64,000 bases of DNA from Candidatus Saccharimonadia bacterium (GTDB taxonomy: Bacteria; Patescibacteriota; Saccharimonadia; UBA4664): positions 1,478 through 65,477 of the forward strand of contig DASXHH010000021.1 of NCBI GenBank assembly GCA_036488585.1. The letters run 5' to 3'. How positions within the stretch are numbered: position 1 is the first letter of the stretch; each line of letters starts with the position of its first letter. Of the stretch, positions 9,220-18,826 are shown one piece after another. The translations under genes and the position numbers were made by a program. The notes below the pieces were generated by a model. That model was not told where the DNA came from. It worked only from the letters and a program-made list of their open reading frames with translations, and made no database searches.

Positions 9220-9624
9220 ATGGTGAGTACAACCACAAACGCTGGTCCTGGGCCAATTGGCAGCGCCATGCTGGATTTTATCGAAGCGCTCGCACGCGAT
9301 GACCGCCCGGTAATCGACCAATCTAAGTCCGAAGTTGTGCGACTCATGTCCATCAAGATCGAGCAACTGGTCGATCAGCGCGGCATGTCAATCACGGAAG
9401 CCAGGCGCGACGTCTTTAGAAACGTCCAGCGGCAGGTTATCCAGTTTGCCCCAAACGCTGAAATCGCCGATAAAGCCGCCGCGATGTTCAACGCTCTGCG
9501 GCCGCGTGACGAAACGGCCCGAGAGCAAGCCCGGCGGCTTCGCATCAGCCAAGTCAAATACCCAAGCGGCTATCGGACTGCCAAGCGGATGAGAGCTCTA
9601 GCTCAGACCGGTGACCGGCCATGA
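9220..9624 (+). CDS. hypothetical protein
   Basis: SD AAGGAGG at 9211-9217. Start is ATG 9220 or GTG 9223. Confidence 0.4.
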   Translation: MVSTTTNAGPGPIGSAMLDFIEALARDDRPVIDQSKSEVVRLMSIKIEQLVDQRGMSITEARRDVFRNVQRQVIQFAPNAEIADKAAAMFNALRPRDETAREQARRLRISQVKYPSGYRTAKRMRALAQTGDRP

Positions 9625-9953
9625 CAGCCGCCCCGAACATTAGGACCGGGGCAATCAACAAGCTCACCCGGATTCATATCCGACGGCTCCAGGTCCTCCG
9701 ATCCCAGCACCCGGATCACGAGCTGCTGATCACACTCAACCAAGAGGCCTCCCGGCTGCTCGAAAACGCTGTGTTCGCACGGCTGAGGGAGTTGCGCAAA
9801 AGCGGCCAAAACGCCTCCGACCTTCAAGACTATGCGCGCGCCATGCGTCGAAACGCGCTTCAGGCGGTCGCGGACACCATCGCCGCGGAGCAGCCGGATC
9901 TAATCCCGATGCTCCACCTGGTCTCCGGAAGTTCCACTTCACATCGCGCCTGA
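9621..9953 (+). CDS. hypothetical protein
   Basis: 110-aa ORF whose ATG overlaps the preceding stop. Confidence 0.35.
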   Translation: MTAAPNIRTGAINKLTRIHIRRLQVLRSQHPDHELLITLNQEASRLLENAVFARLRELRKSGQNASDLQDYARAMRRNALQAVADTIAAEQPDLIPMLHLVSGSSTSHRA

Positions 9954-10011
9954 CTAGTCCCTCACCCGGACCGGTCAGGCGCCTTAGCGTTTTATGCGTT
10001 AAGATAGACCC

Positions 10012-10947
10012 ATGTCGATATTTACTCTCGAAAACTCTACTTCCTATTTACGCGGGCAGTTCGTACCCTTCGCCGAGGCCAATCTCTCCATCGCCAGCTC
10101 GCCCATGCTCTACGGCCTCACCATTTACACCGTATTTAGCGCCAACTGGAACGCCGAGCATCACCAGCTTTATGCTTACCGCTTGCGCGAACATTACGAC
10201 CGTCTCTGCAATTCTGCGCGCATTCTCGATCTAGAAGATTTCCGCGCCCGTTACCCGTACGAAAAATTCGAAGAACTAATGCTCGACCTGTTACGCCGCA
10301 ACGGCGCCAAAGAAGACGTACTGGTAAGGGCCATGGTATTCGTGGATGAATTGGCCGCTGGCACCCGCATCCACGGCCTGAAGAATGAACTAGCCGTATT
10401 CGTATACCCGATCGGCGAAATCCTCGCCCTCACCGGTATTCATGCCTGCGTCTCGAGCTGGGTCCGCACCGCCGACAACATGATTCCGTCCCGCGCTAAA
10501 ATCAATGGCTCCTACGTAAACGCCAGCCTCATGAAGAACGAGGCGCTGGTAAACGGCTACGACGAAGCCATCGCGCTCGACGCCTATGGGCACGTCGCCG
10601 AAGGCACCGTCGCCAACCTGTTTTTGGTCCGACAAGGCAAACTCATCACCCCCGATACATCCACCGATATCCTCGAAGGCATCACGCGAGATTCCATCCT
10701 AAAAATCGCCACTGAGCTCGACATCCCCACCGCGGAGCGCAGCGTCGACCGTAGTGAGCTCTATGCCGCTGACGAAGCCATAATGGTGGGCAGCTCCGCC
10801 CGCATCACTCCAATTCTATCCATCGACCGGCGGCCCGTGGGCGACGGCCAGCCTGGCCCCGTCACCAAGAAACTAATGAAGCACTATCACGATCTCCAGC
10901 ACGGTATGCTGGAGCGCCACTGGCTGACCCCGGTTTACGAGCAATGA
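10012..10947 (+). CDS. class IV PLP aminotransferase (branched-chain amino-acid / D-amino-acid aminotransferase family)
   Basis: Fold-type IV layout with the conserved EGTVANLFLV...TP and ILEGITRDSIL blocks. Confidence 0.8.
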   Translation: MSIFTLENSTSYLRGQFVPFAEANLSIASSPMLYGLTIYTVFSANWNAEHHQLYAYRLREHYDRLCNSARILDLEDFRARYPYEKFEELMLDLLRRNGAKEDVLVRAMVFVDELAAGTRIHGLKNELAVFVYPIGEILALTGIHACVSSWVRTADNMIPSRAKINGSYVNASLMKNEALVNGYDEAIALDAYGHVAEGTVANLFLVRQGKLITPDTSTDILEGITRDSILKIATELDIPTAERSVDRSELYAADEAIMVGSSARITPILSIDRRPVGDGQPGPVTKKLMKHYHDLQHGMLERHWLTPVYEQ

Positions 10948-11858
10948 CACTCAAGGTTGGCACACGGGGGAGTAAGCTCGCGCTCATCCAGACCCAACTG
11001 GTGACCGAGGCACTGCAACAACTCGAACCAGGCCTTGAAATCAAAGTTGTAATTATCAAGACTGAGGGCGACAAGAACTTTGCGCCGATTCCCCTCGACA
11101 CCATCGGCAAAGCCTGGTTCACCGCCGAAATCGACCGAGCTCTTACTGAGCGCGATATCGACCTGGCCGTGCATAGCCTCAAGGATCTACCACTCACACT
11201 CGACGCTGGCCTCACCATGATTACTGTCTTGGAGCGCGCCGACCCGCGTGATGTGCTGGTGTCACGCTCCGGCCAAACCCTGGACCAACTGCCTCCCGGG
11301 GCCATCATCGGCACCGACAGTACCCGCCGTCGCGCGCTGCTGCTTCACCACCGGCCCGATCTCCAAGTAACCAGCCTGCGCGGCAACGTTCAAACCCGAC
11401 TGCGCAAGCTACAAGACCGCGAGTACGACGGCATTATTCTAGCCGCTGCCGGCCTGGACCGTCTCGGCGAACTCAGCAGAGTCAGCGAGTTTCTTGATCC
11501 CACTCGCTTCCCACCGTCCTCTGGCCAAGGCGCCTTGGCCGTAGAAATTCGCCGAGACGACACCCTGCTACTCAATCTGCTCCAACGTCTTGAGCACTCG
11601 GGCACTCTCGCCACCACCGCAGCCGAACGCGCCTTCTCGGCTACCATTGGCGGCGGTTGTAAGCTACCCGTGGCCTGCTATGCCCAAGCCGGCCATCGCC
11701 AACTACACCTTTACGGCATGATCGCCGAGCTAGGTGGTGACGGCATTCTGTTCGATCAGATCAGTGGCCCCATCAATCAGGCCACGGGGCTCGGCGAATC
11801 TCTCGCCCGCCGCCTGCTCGAAAAATGTTCCTTCAACTTTCAACCGGAGTACCAGTGA
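10944..11858 (+). CDS. hemC: porphobilinogen deaminase (hydroxymethylbilane synthase)
   Basis: LKVGTRGSKLALIQT... N-terminus, with the dipyrromethane-cofactor Cys in GGGCKLP. ATGA overlap with the upstream gene. Confidence 0.9.
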   Translation: MTLKVGTRGSKLALIQTQLVTEALQQLEPGLEIKVVIIKTEGDKNFAPIPLDTIGKAWFTAEIDRALTERDIDLAVHSLKDLPLTLDAGLTMITVLERADPRDVLVSRSGQTLDQLPPGAIIGTDSTRRRALLLHHRPDLQVTSLRGNVQTRLRKLQDREYDGIILAAAGLDRLGELSRVSEFLDPTRFPPSSGQGALAVEIRRDDTLLLNLLQRLEHSGTLATTAAERAFSATIGGGCKLPVACYAQAGHRQLHLYGMIAELGGDGILFDQISGPINQATGLGESLARRLLEKCSFNFQPEYQ

Positions 11859-12601
11859 ACAGCCGATTGGTGGTGCTCACCCGGGACGAAGCCGGTAACG
11901 CCGTTTGGCGCCGCCAGCTCGAAGCTCACGGTCTGGCCATCTACGGACTACCCTGTATCGAGACGGCCGCCGCTGAGCTCACTCCCGATATCGAACGCAC
12001 GTTTGAACACATCCGCGATTACCATTGGCTAGTCTTTTCTAGTGCTGCCGGCGTGCGCTATTTCCTAGAGCTAATGAGTAAGCTCGGCCTGCCACTCCGC
12101 GCTCTCACCGGCGCCTGGATTGCAGCCGTCGGCACGCAAACCGCCGATGCCATCCGCTCACTGGGCCTGCCGGTCACGTTCACGCCCTCCCGCCAGACCG
12201 CGTCCACCCTGGCCCAGGAGCTCAAACGCGTGAAGAGCCGTCGCATCCTGTTCTTGCGCACCGGCATCGCCGCCGATGAACCGATCGCCATTCTACGCGG
12301 CCGCTCCGCCGACGTTACCGACCTGCCCATCTACCAAACCCTGCCGCGTGAAGATCCCGATCCGGGCTTCAACCAGCTAGTCCGCGATCACGAAATCAGC
12401 CACATCGTATTCGCCAGCCCCTCAGCCGTCCACGGCTTCGGCCTTCGCCTCGCCGATCCCATAGTGCTCGAGCTGGCCCACGACTTGCCCACAGTCGCCA
12501 TCGGTCCCACCACCGCCCAAGCCGCCGAACAGGCCGGATTCCGCCAGTTACACGTTGCCGCTCGGCCCTCAGTTTCCGCCATCTTAAAGCTGCTATCATA
12601 A
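11825..12601 (+). CDS. hemD: uroporphyrinogen-III synthase
   Basis: HEM4-like two-lobe pattern (LVVLTRDEAGN..., ISHIVFASPSAV). An alternative start is the GTG at 11855 overlapping the hemC stop (GTGA). Confidence 0.75.
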   Translation: MFLQLSTGVPVNSRLVVLTRDEAGNAVWRRQLEAHGLAIYGLPCIETAAAELTPDIERTFEHIRDYHWLVFSSAAGVRYFLELMSKLGLPLRALTGAWIAAVGTQTADAIRSLGLPVTFTPSRQTASTLAQELKRVKSRRILFLRTGIAADEPIAILRGRSADVTDLPIYQTLPREDPDPGFNQLVRDHEISHIVFASPSAVHGFGLRLADPIVLELAHDLPTVAIGPTTAQAAEQAGFRQLHVAARPSVSAILKLLS

Positions 12602-12606
12602 TATCG

Positions 12607-13284
12607 ATGACAATGAACGATTGGCCCTACCACCAGTACCTGTTTTTCGAACTGGACGACAAATTCTACCGCCTGCCCAGCACCCGCCAACGTGAGCTCA
12701 AACGCGGCTTGCATGATCTGTTGCACCAGCTAAAAGACGACGTGCCCTTTATTCCGTATACCACGCTCGGCTTTAAACCCGGCACAACCTTTATGCTATG
12801 GCTACGTGCTGGCCAGCCCGAAGCCATTCAAGATGCGGCGCACGATCTCTTACGTAGCCGCTTAGGCCAATACCTCACCCTCACCCAGAGCCTATTCGGT
12901 ATCAGCCGCCAGTCCCAATACACTCGCAGTCCTCAAAAAACCGACCAAACCATCTTGCCCGACCTGCACCTGCCGTATTTGGTAATCTATCCTTTCACCA
13001 AAACCCCGGAATGGCACCTCATGCCCTATGATCAGCGCCACTCCTTAATGCGTGAACACATCTCACTTGGCACCAAATTCCCGGACATCCGCCAGTGCTT
13101 GCTCTATGCCTATGGCGTCGACGATCACGAGTTTATCGTGTCCTACGAGACGCCTACTCTCGAAGACTTCCAACAATTGGTCATGGACATGCGCGGCATT
13201 GAAGCACGCCGGTATACCTTAAACGATCTGCCGATTTACACTTGCATTTACAAAACCCCCGAGGAGTTCATCGAATGGCTGTAG
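12607..13284 (+). CDS. hemQ: coproheme decarboxylase / chlorite-dismutase-like HemQ
   Basis: Chlorite-dismutase-family C-terminal motifs (HSLMREHISLG, YGVDDHEFIVSYETPTLEDF) in a heme-operon context. Confidence 0.8.
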   Translation: MTMNDWPYHQYLFFELDDKFYRLPSTRQRELKRGLHDLLHQLKDDVPFIPYTTLGFKPGTTFMLWLRAGQPEAIQDAAHDLLRSRLGQYLTLTQSLFGISRQSQYTRSPQKTDQTILPDLHLPYLVIYPFTKTPEWHLMPYDQRHSLMREHISLGTKFPDIRQCLLYAYGVDDHEFIVSYETPTLEDFQQLVMDMRGIEARRYTLNDLPIYTCIYKTPEEFIEWL

Positions 13285-14297
13285 CGGATTTTAACGACAC
13301 CTTCCTGCGCGCCTGCCGCTTTGAGCCCACCGATTACACGCCGGTATGGTTTATGCGCCAAGCTGGCCGCTACATGCCAGAGTACCGCGCGCTCCGGCGC
13401 AAGCACGACGTGCTCACGCTTACCCGCACCCCTGAGCTAGCGGCCGAAATTAGCCTGCAACCGGTGCGCACACTCGGCGTAGACGCAGCCATCCTGTTCG
13501 CCGACATTATGCTGGTGCCAATCGCCATGGGCGCGGACGTCAAAATTGTGGACACGGTTGGCCCCGTCCTCGACGATCCAATCGACAGCCGCCCGTCCAT
13601 CGACCGGCTGCACCAATTTGCCCGCGCCGACATCGAATACCTTCGCCGCACCATTCAGATCCTGCGTGGCGAGCTCAAGATTCCGCTCATCGGCTTCTCC
13701 GGCGCGCCATTCACACTCGCCAGCTATCTCATCGAGGGCGCCCCCAGCCGCACCTGGCTCAAAACTAAACGCTTCATGTACGAGCAGCCCAAACTTTGGC
13801 ACGAGCTCATGGACAAGCTCGCCGAGGCCATTATTTTCTTTCTTCATGAACAAGTCGACGCCGGCGCTCAAGCCCTCCAAGTCTTCGATTCTTGGGTGGG
13901 TGCACTCAGCCCGGTCGACTTTCGCGAATTCGTCCTGCCCTACAACCGCCGCATCTTCACCGCCCTAGCAAGCACCAACGTGCCCCGCATCGCATTCGGC
14001 ACCGACACCGCCGGCATCCTTACTGATTTTGCCGACGTCGACTGCGAGGTGGTGGGCCTAGACTGGCGCCAGGACTTAGCCCAAGTCCGCCGCCTACTGC
14101 CCGACAAGGCCGTTCAAGGCAACCTCGACCCCGCCGTGCTGGCCTCCGGCTGGAAGGCCACCGAGCACCAAGCTGCCCAAATACTGGCATCAATGCCCAA
14201 CCGCCGCGGCTTCATCTTTAACCTCGGACACGGCGTCTGGAAAGAGGCCGACCCCGAAACTCTAAGGAGACTCGTCGATTATGTCCACACCCACTAA
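13275..14297 (+). CDS. hemE: uroporphyrinogen decarboxylase
   Basis: N-terminus FLRACRFEPTDYTPVWFMRQAGRYMPEYR is the URO-D signature. Its start overlaps the hemQ stop. Confidence 0.9.
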   Translation: MAVADFNDTFLRACRFEPTDYTPVWFMRQAGRYMPEYRALRRKHDVLTLTRTPELAAEISLQPVRTLGVDAAILFADIMLVPIAMGADVKIVDTVGPVLDDPIDSRPSIDRLHQFARADIEYLRRTIQILRGELKIPLIGFSGAPFTLASYLIEGAPSRTWLKTKRFMYEQPKLWHELMDKLAEAIIFFLHEQVDAGAQALQVFDSWVGALSPVDFREFVLPYNRRIFTALASTNVPRIAFGTDTAGILTDFADVDCEVVGLDWRQDLAQVRRLLPDKAVQGNLDPAVLASGWKATEHQAAQILASMPNRRGFIFNLGHGVWKEADPETLRRLVDYVHTH

Positions 14298-15216
14298 ACC
14301 CACCGGCATTCTGCTCATGACCTACGGCTCGGCCACCACTAGCCGCGATGCCGAGCCGTTCCTGAGTCATGTCTACCCGCACCCGTCTCAAGAGCTCATC
14401 GATGAATTCAAGCGCCGTTTCGACATCGTCGGTTCATCGCCACTCGTCCAGATCACCATCAACCAGGCCGCCGCACTCGAGCAACTGCTAGCTAGTCGAG
14501 TAGGAGAGGGCCATTACGCAGTAGAAGCCGGCATGCTCCATTCGACCCCCTTCATCAACGATGCCGTGGCCAAACTCAAAGCCCGCGGCGCCCATCGCAT
14601 CCTTGGCCTTCTGTTGTCGCCCCAATATTCACCGCACATCATGCGCGGCTACGATCAAGCCCTGGTCACAGCAGGGGAGAAGAGTGGTTTTAAGCCGAGC
14701 CAGGTTACCATGCTCGGCGAATGGTCCACCGAGCCCAAGTTCATCCAGCTGCTGTCAGACGGCCTCCTGCAACTGCGCACCGAACTCCAGGCCAAATACG
14801 GCCAGCCGATCCCAGTCGTTTTCACTACCCACAGCCTGCCCGAAAAGGTGGTAAAACGCGACCCGTCCTACCTGGATCAGTTGGAAGCTACCATGCAAGC
14901 CGTTGCGGGAGCTGCCCAGCTTCAGCCAGCCGAATATCAAGCCGCCTACCAAAGCGCCGGCCACACCCCCGAAGAATGGCTCAAACCCGATCTCAACGAT
15001 GTTATTGCCGGCCTCAAGGCCAAAAAGGTCCCGGCCGTAATCGTGGTGCCAATCCAATTTTTGGCCGACCATCTCGAAATTCTCTATGACCTTGATACCG
15101 CTGCACGTGAAGAAACTGAAGCCGGTGGCGTACATTACCACCGGTTGCCAGTCGCCAATCTCAACCCGCTCTTTATCGAGGCTCTGGCCGACCTCACTCA
15201 ACGCTCAGCAACCTAA
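14281..15216 (+). CDS. hemH: ferrochelatase (probably coproporphyrin ferrochelatase of the HemQ-type pathway)
   Basis: GILLMTYGS... N-terminus and a conserved His/Glu core, about 311 aa. Overlaps hemE by 17 nt. Confidence 0.85.
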   Translation: MSTPTKPTGILLMTYGSATTSRDAEPFLSHVYPHPSQELIDEFKRRFDIVGSSPLVQITINQAAALEQLLASRVGEGHYAVEAGMLHSTPFINDAVAKLKARGAHRILGLLLSPQYSPHIMRGYDQALVTAGEKSGFKPSQVTMLGEWSTEPKFIQLLSDGLLQLRTELQAKYGQPIPVVFTTHSLPEKVVKRDPSYLDQLEATMQAVAGAAQLQPAEYQAAYQSAGHTPEEWLKPDLNDVIAGLKAKKVPAVIVVPIQFLADHLEILYDLDTAAREETEAGGVHYHRLPVANLNPLFIEALADLTQRSAT

Positions 15217-15218
15217 AC

Positions 15219-16316
15219 CTAATACCGATACACCGCCGCCACCCGCGACGCCACTGGCATTTGGCTTTGGGGTAAGGCATAAGCCCGCCCGCCATGCTTC
15301 AGGGTCTCGCGAATTACGGCCTCCACAATCCCGTCGTAGCCATAACCAACCTCATTCTCGAGGTCGCCACCCATATAGAGCTGCTCCCGAAACACCTCAC
15401 TATCACGCACACCAGTCCCGTAGGCAAACATCAGCTCGCGCACCCGTCCTGCCTGGGCCGCCTGAAACACCTCCACCGCCACCCCCGATGCCCGTTCGGC
15501 GTGGGCGGCCAAGCTGCTATACTCCTCCTTCAGGTTTTCGAGTCGCCGGTCACGCAATCTACACACAATTTCCAAGGCCTGCTCATGCAACTGCTGAAGC
15601 CGGCCATCGCCAGGCCGAGGATGAATCGTTTCCTCTGCCACATTGAGCCCACACAATTCCTCACGCAACGTCTCCACCAGAGCGTCAGCGCCAGCAGCAA
15701 TTACTACCGCACCGGCCGGTTTCACCAAATCCGCGGCCTCCCGAGCCACTTGTTTCATAAACTTACCGATCTGGGCCGGCGGAAACCGGTCCGCATATTC
15801 GTCCATCGGCCGCTCACGGTTAAGTTCGGCCGGCCGAGCCACCCGCGTCGTCTGGATGCGCGGCATTTCGAGCTCCGTAAACTCCTGACGCCCTGCCCGG
15901 TACAGCCGCGGCTGGCCCAGCCTCAACTCCAGCACATAAAACGGCTCTGGCAGGTCAAATAAAGTTAAAAGCGGCCCAACTTTATACTGCTGGCCCACCG
16001 CCACCTCCTCAAGTAATACTAGCGGCACGAAGTAGTACTCCAACTTTCCCTTGCGTGTAAACAGGCATAATGTCTGTCTGCCAGTTGCCCAATTAATCTG
16101 GTCTGGTAGCTCTTCCAGTCGTTTTTGCCATTTAACCACTTCAGCCGACGCTCGCCGTTCCTCGCGCCCCATCTGCCGCGTGGCCTGCCCAATCAAAAAC
16201 TTTAGCCTGGTAGCATTTTCCCGAATATTCGGCACCACTGGCATATAAATTGTGAGACTCAGCTCACCGTTTGCTTCAAGTAATTCTAGAAACTTTTCCC
16301 TCGTCATTATCCGCAT
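15219..16316 (-). CDS. bacterial eRF1-like (baeRF family) protein
   Basis: N-terminus MTREKFLELLEANGELSLTIYMPVVP...RLKFLIGQA matches the conserved opening of bacterial eRF1/Pelota-like families. About 365 aa, which is typical. Confidence 0.5.
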   Translation of the reverse strand: MRIMTREKFLELLEANGELSLTIYMPVVPNIRENATRLKFLIGQATRQMGREERRASAEVVKWQKRLEELPDQINWATGRQTLCLFTRKGKLEYYFVPLVLLEEVAVGQQYKVGPLLTLFDLPEPFYVLELRLGQPRLYRAGRQEFTELEMPRIQTTRVARPAELNRERPMDEYADRFPPAQIGKFMKQVAREAADLVKPAGAVVIAAGADALVETLREELCGLNVAEETIHPRPGDGRLQQLHEQALEIVCRLRDRRLENLKEEYSSLAAHAERASGVAVEVFQAAQAGRVRELMFAYGTGVRDSEVFREQLYMGGDLENEVGYGYDGIVEAVIRETLKHGGRAYALPQSQMPVASRVAAVYRY

Positions 16317-16487
16317 GCTAAGTCAGGTTCCAGAGGAGATCTTTGTGCTTTTATCTAGAGGCTCATCTAGCTTCACAATTTAACTCATTACGAAAACGTC
16401 AAAGAACGGGCAGGTCATGACATAAATGCCCATACTATCCTAGAATCTTCGCCACCACGTATACTACGGATAGGTAACAGGTACATC

Positions 16488-17192
16488 ATGGCTACCAGCG
16501 ATCCAATCGCCACCCGCATCATCCGCCGCCGTCGCATCGCTGAAGACACCCAGGAACTGGCGCTGGCGCTGGCCCAGCCGCTCGAATTCCAGCCCGGCCA
16601 ATACATCGCCATTACCCTGCCCAATCTACCCGTCGCCCCGCCTTACCGGGTACGCGAATTCTCGATGGTATCTGCCCCAGGCGACCCCGAGCTCACCATC
16701 GCTTTTCGCGAATCGGACACCGCGTATAAACAAGCCATCCTCGACCCGGCCTACACCGGCCCCATTATCACCCGCGGCCCCACCGGCCTGTTTACGCTAC
16801 CCAGCCAGATCACCCAACCCCTCATCTTTATCGCTGGCGGCATCGGCGTCGCGCCGTTCATTAGCATGCTCAAACAATTAGTCCGCCAGCCCACCACCAT
16901 GCCCATAACACTGCTTCGCATCGAGTCCAGTCTCAGCCGGACCGCTTACCGCCCGGAGCTCCAGGGGCTCGAGCGCGCGCTGCCAAACCTGAACATAGTC
17001 GAGCATTTCGGCCGCATCGCCACTTCCTCTCAACTATCCGGTCTCATCCCGACCCTCACCCCCGAGTCGCAAGTTTTTATCGCTGGTCCGCTCGGCATGA
17101 CCGGCCACACCCGCACCCTCGTCCGCGAGTTCGGGGTCATGCCCTTAAGCATTCATATGGAAGAATTCACCGGCTACCCTGACCTCGATTAA
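16488..17192 (+). CDS. FAD/NAD(P)-binding oxidoreductase (ferredoxin-NADP reductase-like)
   Basis: An RxYS-like FAD motif (PYRVREFSMVS) and NAD-binding motif GGIGVAPFISML. Confidence 0.65.
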   Translation: MATSDPIATRIIRRRRIAEDTQELALALAQPLEFQPGQYIAITLPNLPVAPPYRVREFSMVSAPGDPELTIAFRESDTAYKQAILDPAYTGPIITRGPTGLFTLPSQITQPLIFIAGGIGVAPFISMLKQLVRQPTTMPITLLRIESSLSRTAYRPELQGLERALPNLNIVEHFGRIATSSQLSGLIPTLTPESQVFIAGPLGMTGHTRTLVREFGVMPLSIHMEEFTGYPDLD

Positions 17193-17197
17193 TAAGC

Positions 17198-17725
17198 CTA
17201 GCGCCGCTCGATTAACCCACGCACATAGGCCGCTTGACCTACATGCTGCAAATCATCGGCCAGCACGCTCACCAGTCTTACCCCCAGCATTACCGGCGGG
17301 TCCCAATTTTTGTCCACTACCCGCCCGTAATCCACCGGCTTCAAATCTCTAATATAATCTAGCGTTACCCTATGAACCGCCTCGTAGTAGCCACCCAACA
17401 GCCGGCCGCTGACCTTCACTGCCGCTACCTCGTCCGGGCCGTGCCCCCAGCCGGTCGCCGACTCGTCAAACGGCAGCCCAAACCTGTCCGACCAACCCTG
17501 AGGCCAAACCTGTGGCTGATCAGCCACCCCAGCCAGGTGATCATCCTGAATGCGCGCCAGGTGCCACACCAACCATGCGATTGAATTGGCAGCGGGGGAG
17601 GGCCGGAAACTCAAATCCTCCTCGCTCAGGCCGCCTAGCACCTTTCGCACCGCCTCATCAACCCGGCTAAATCCATCAATTAATATCTCGTTAGTATCCA
17701 AAAACCCTTCTCCTCCAAAAAACAT
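17198..17725 (-). CDS. DinB/YfiT-like (DUF664 / mycothiol-dependent isomerase N-terminal-like) protein
   Basis: IAWLVWHLARIQDDHLAGV and a C-terminal HVGQAAYVRG His-triad pattern. Confidence 0.6.
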   Translation of the reverse strand: MFFGGEGFLDTNEILIDGFSRVDEAVRKVLGGLSEEDLSFRPSPAANSIAWLVWHLARIQDDHLAGVADQPQVWPQGWSDRFGLPFDESATGWGHGPDEVAAVKVSGRLLGGYYEAVHRVTLDYIRDLKPVDYGRVVDKNWDPPVMLGVRLVSVLADDLQHVGQAAYVRGLIERR

Positions 17726-18315
17726 GGTAAACCCCGGACGACTCGTGAGCCGTCCGGGGCTGGTTGTTAGCTAAGTATGCCACCCATTTTTGCCTCCCGG
17801 CTCTAATTGCGGGTAGCGCACCAGGCGCCCGCGCTATGGACAGTTGCAGTCAGGCCTCACGAGAAGGGATAGTCGGGCAATCCCGCGTCTCCTCGCCAGG
17901 TAGCGGAGTCATTAAATGATCCACCCCGTGTACTCCGCATCCTGAACTGGATCGGCCTTTTCTAACCGACCATTGTTTCCATGAACCTCAGCTTAGCCGA
18001 GGACCACAGAAGCTTAAAGACACCCTTCATCTGCAGAGCCGCAGATGATCTAGTGAGCGTAAATTGGCCCCGCTCGTGTACTAATCTCGACGAGGCAGAC
18101 ACCCACGTTATTTCTAATACACGATGTCGCACCCCATTGCTATGGGAACTTCAACCGATCTTCGGCGTTCTACAATTACCCCCGACGGCAAGCCCTATTA
18201 TCAGATGACTGAACCAAATTAGAAGCGGAAGTGTCCATATTGTGGATCACCACATTAACTTGGCTTTTTAGTAAATTTCTGCTATAATAAAGTTAGTTGA
18301 CAATCTTCCTGGCAA

Positions 18316-18690
18316 TTGGGGACTTTCATGAAAAGATTCCTGCTGGTGGTAATCCCCGCAATCGGGTACACCACAATAATCCTCCTGTGGCCAAATACCG
18401 ACACATTGCCGGCACAGATCATGCTTGCCGTGGCTGCGTTCACCCTGTTGCTTCCGGTGGCTTTTCATCTGCCGGAAGCCGCCAAAGGGTCATCAGAGGC
18501 TATCCGCGATGCCCTTAGCGCACAAGTAGGGGGCTTCCTCCTGGCGATCATCGCCGGTGGAATAATGATTGCCGTCACTAGGCCCTCGTATGCCGCATGG
18601 GGTGGAGTAGCGAGCTCACTCGCCTTCGCCAATTTCTCTACCTACGCGGTGAGAAATCTCAACGCCTACCGCAACAGGGGAAACGCATAA
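18316..18690 (+). CDS. small membrane protein
   Basis: 4 predicted TM helices. There is a TATAAT / TTGACA-like AT-rich promoter just upstream. Confidence 0.45.
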   Translation: MGTFMKRFLLVVIPAIGYTTIILLWPNTDTLPAQIMLAVAAFTLLLPVAFHLPEAAKGSSEAIRDALSAQVGGFLLAIIAGGIMIAVTRPSYAAWGGVASSLAFANFSTYAVRNLNAYRNRGNA

Positions 18691-18826
18691 CAATCAACTC
18701 GGGGTGGCTCCGGCATTGGCTCGAGTCACCTTACCCAGCGGCCTAACGCGTAAGCTTAGGCCGCTTCACTTTACAGCACATCACCATGTCAGATGTTTGA
18801 ACTACGATTCGAGAACTCGCGAACCG

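Noticed and set aside
9145-9624. Start at 9145 as in the ORF track
   Set aside because: A strong SD (AAGGAGG) sits at 9211-9217, directly before the ATG/GTG at 9220/9223. The shorter form is preferred.
17766-17800. GGGGCTGG... looks superficially like a tmRNA 5' end
   Set aside because: No tag-peptide reading frame (ANDENYALAA or actinobacterial variants) and no tRNA-like 3' end (GGTTCGACTCC...ACCA) follows.
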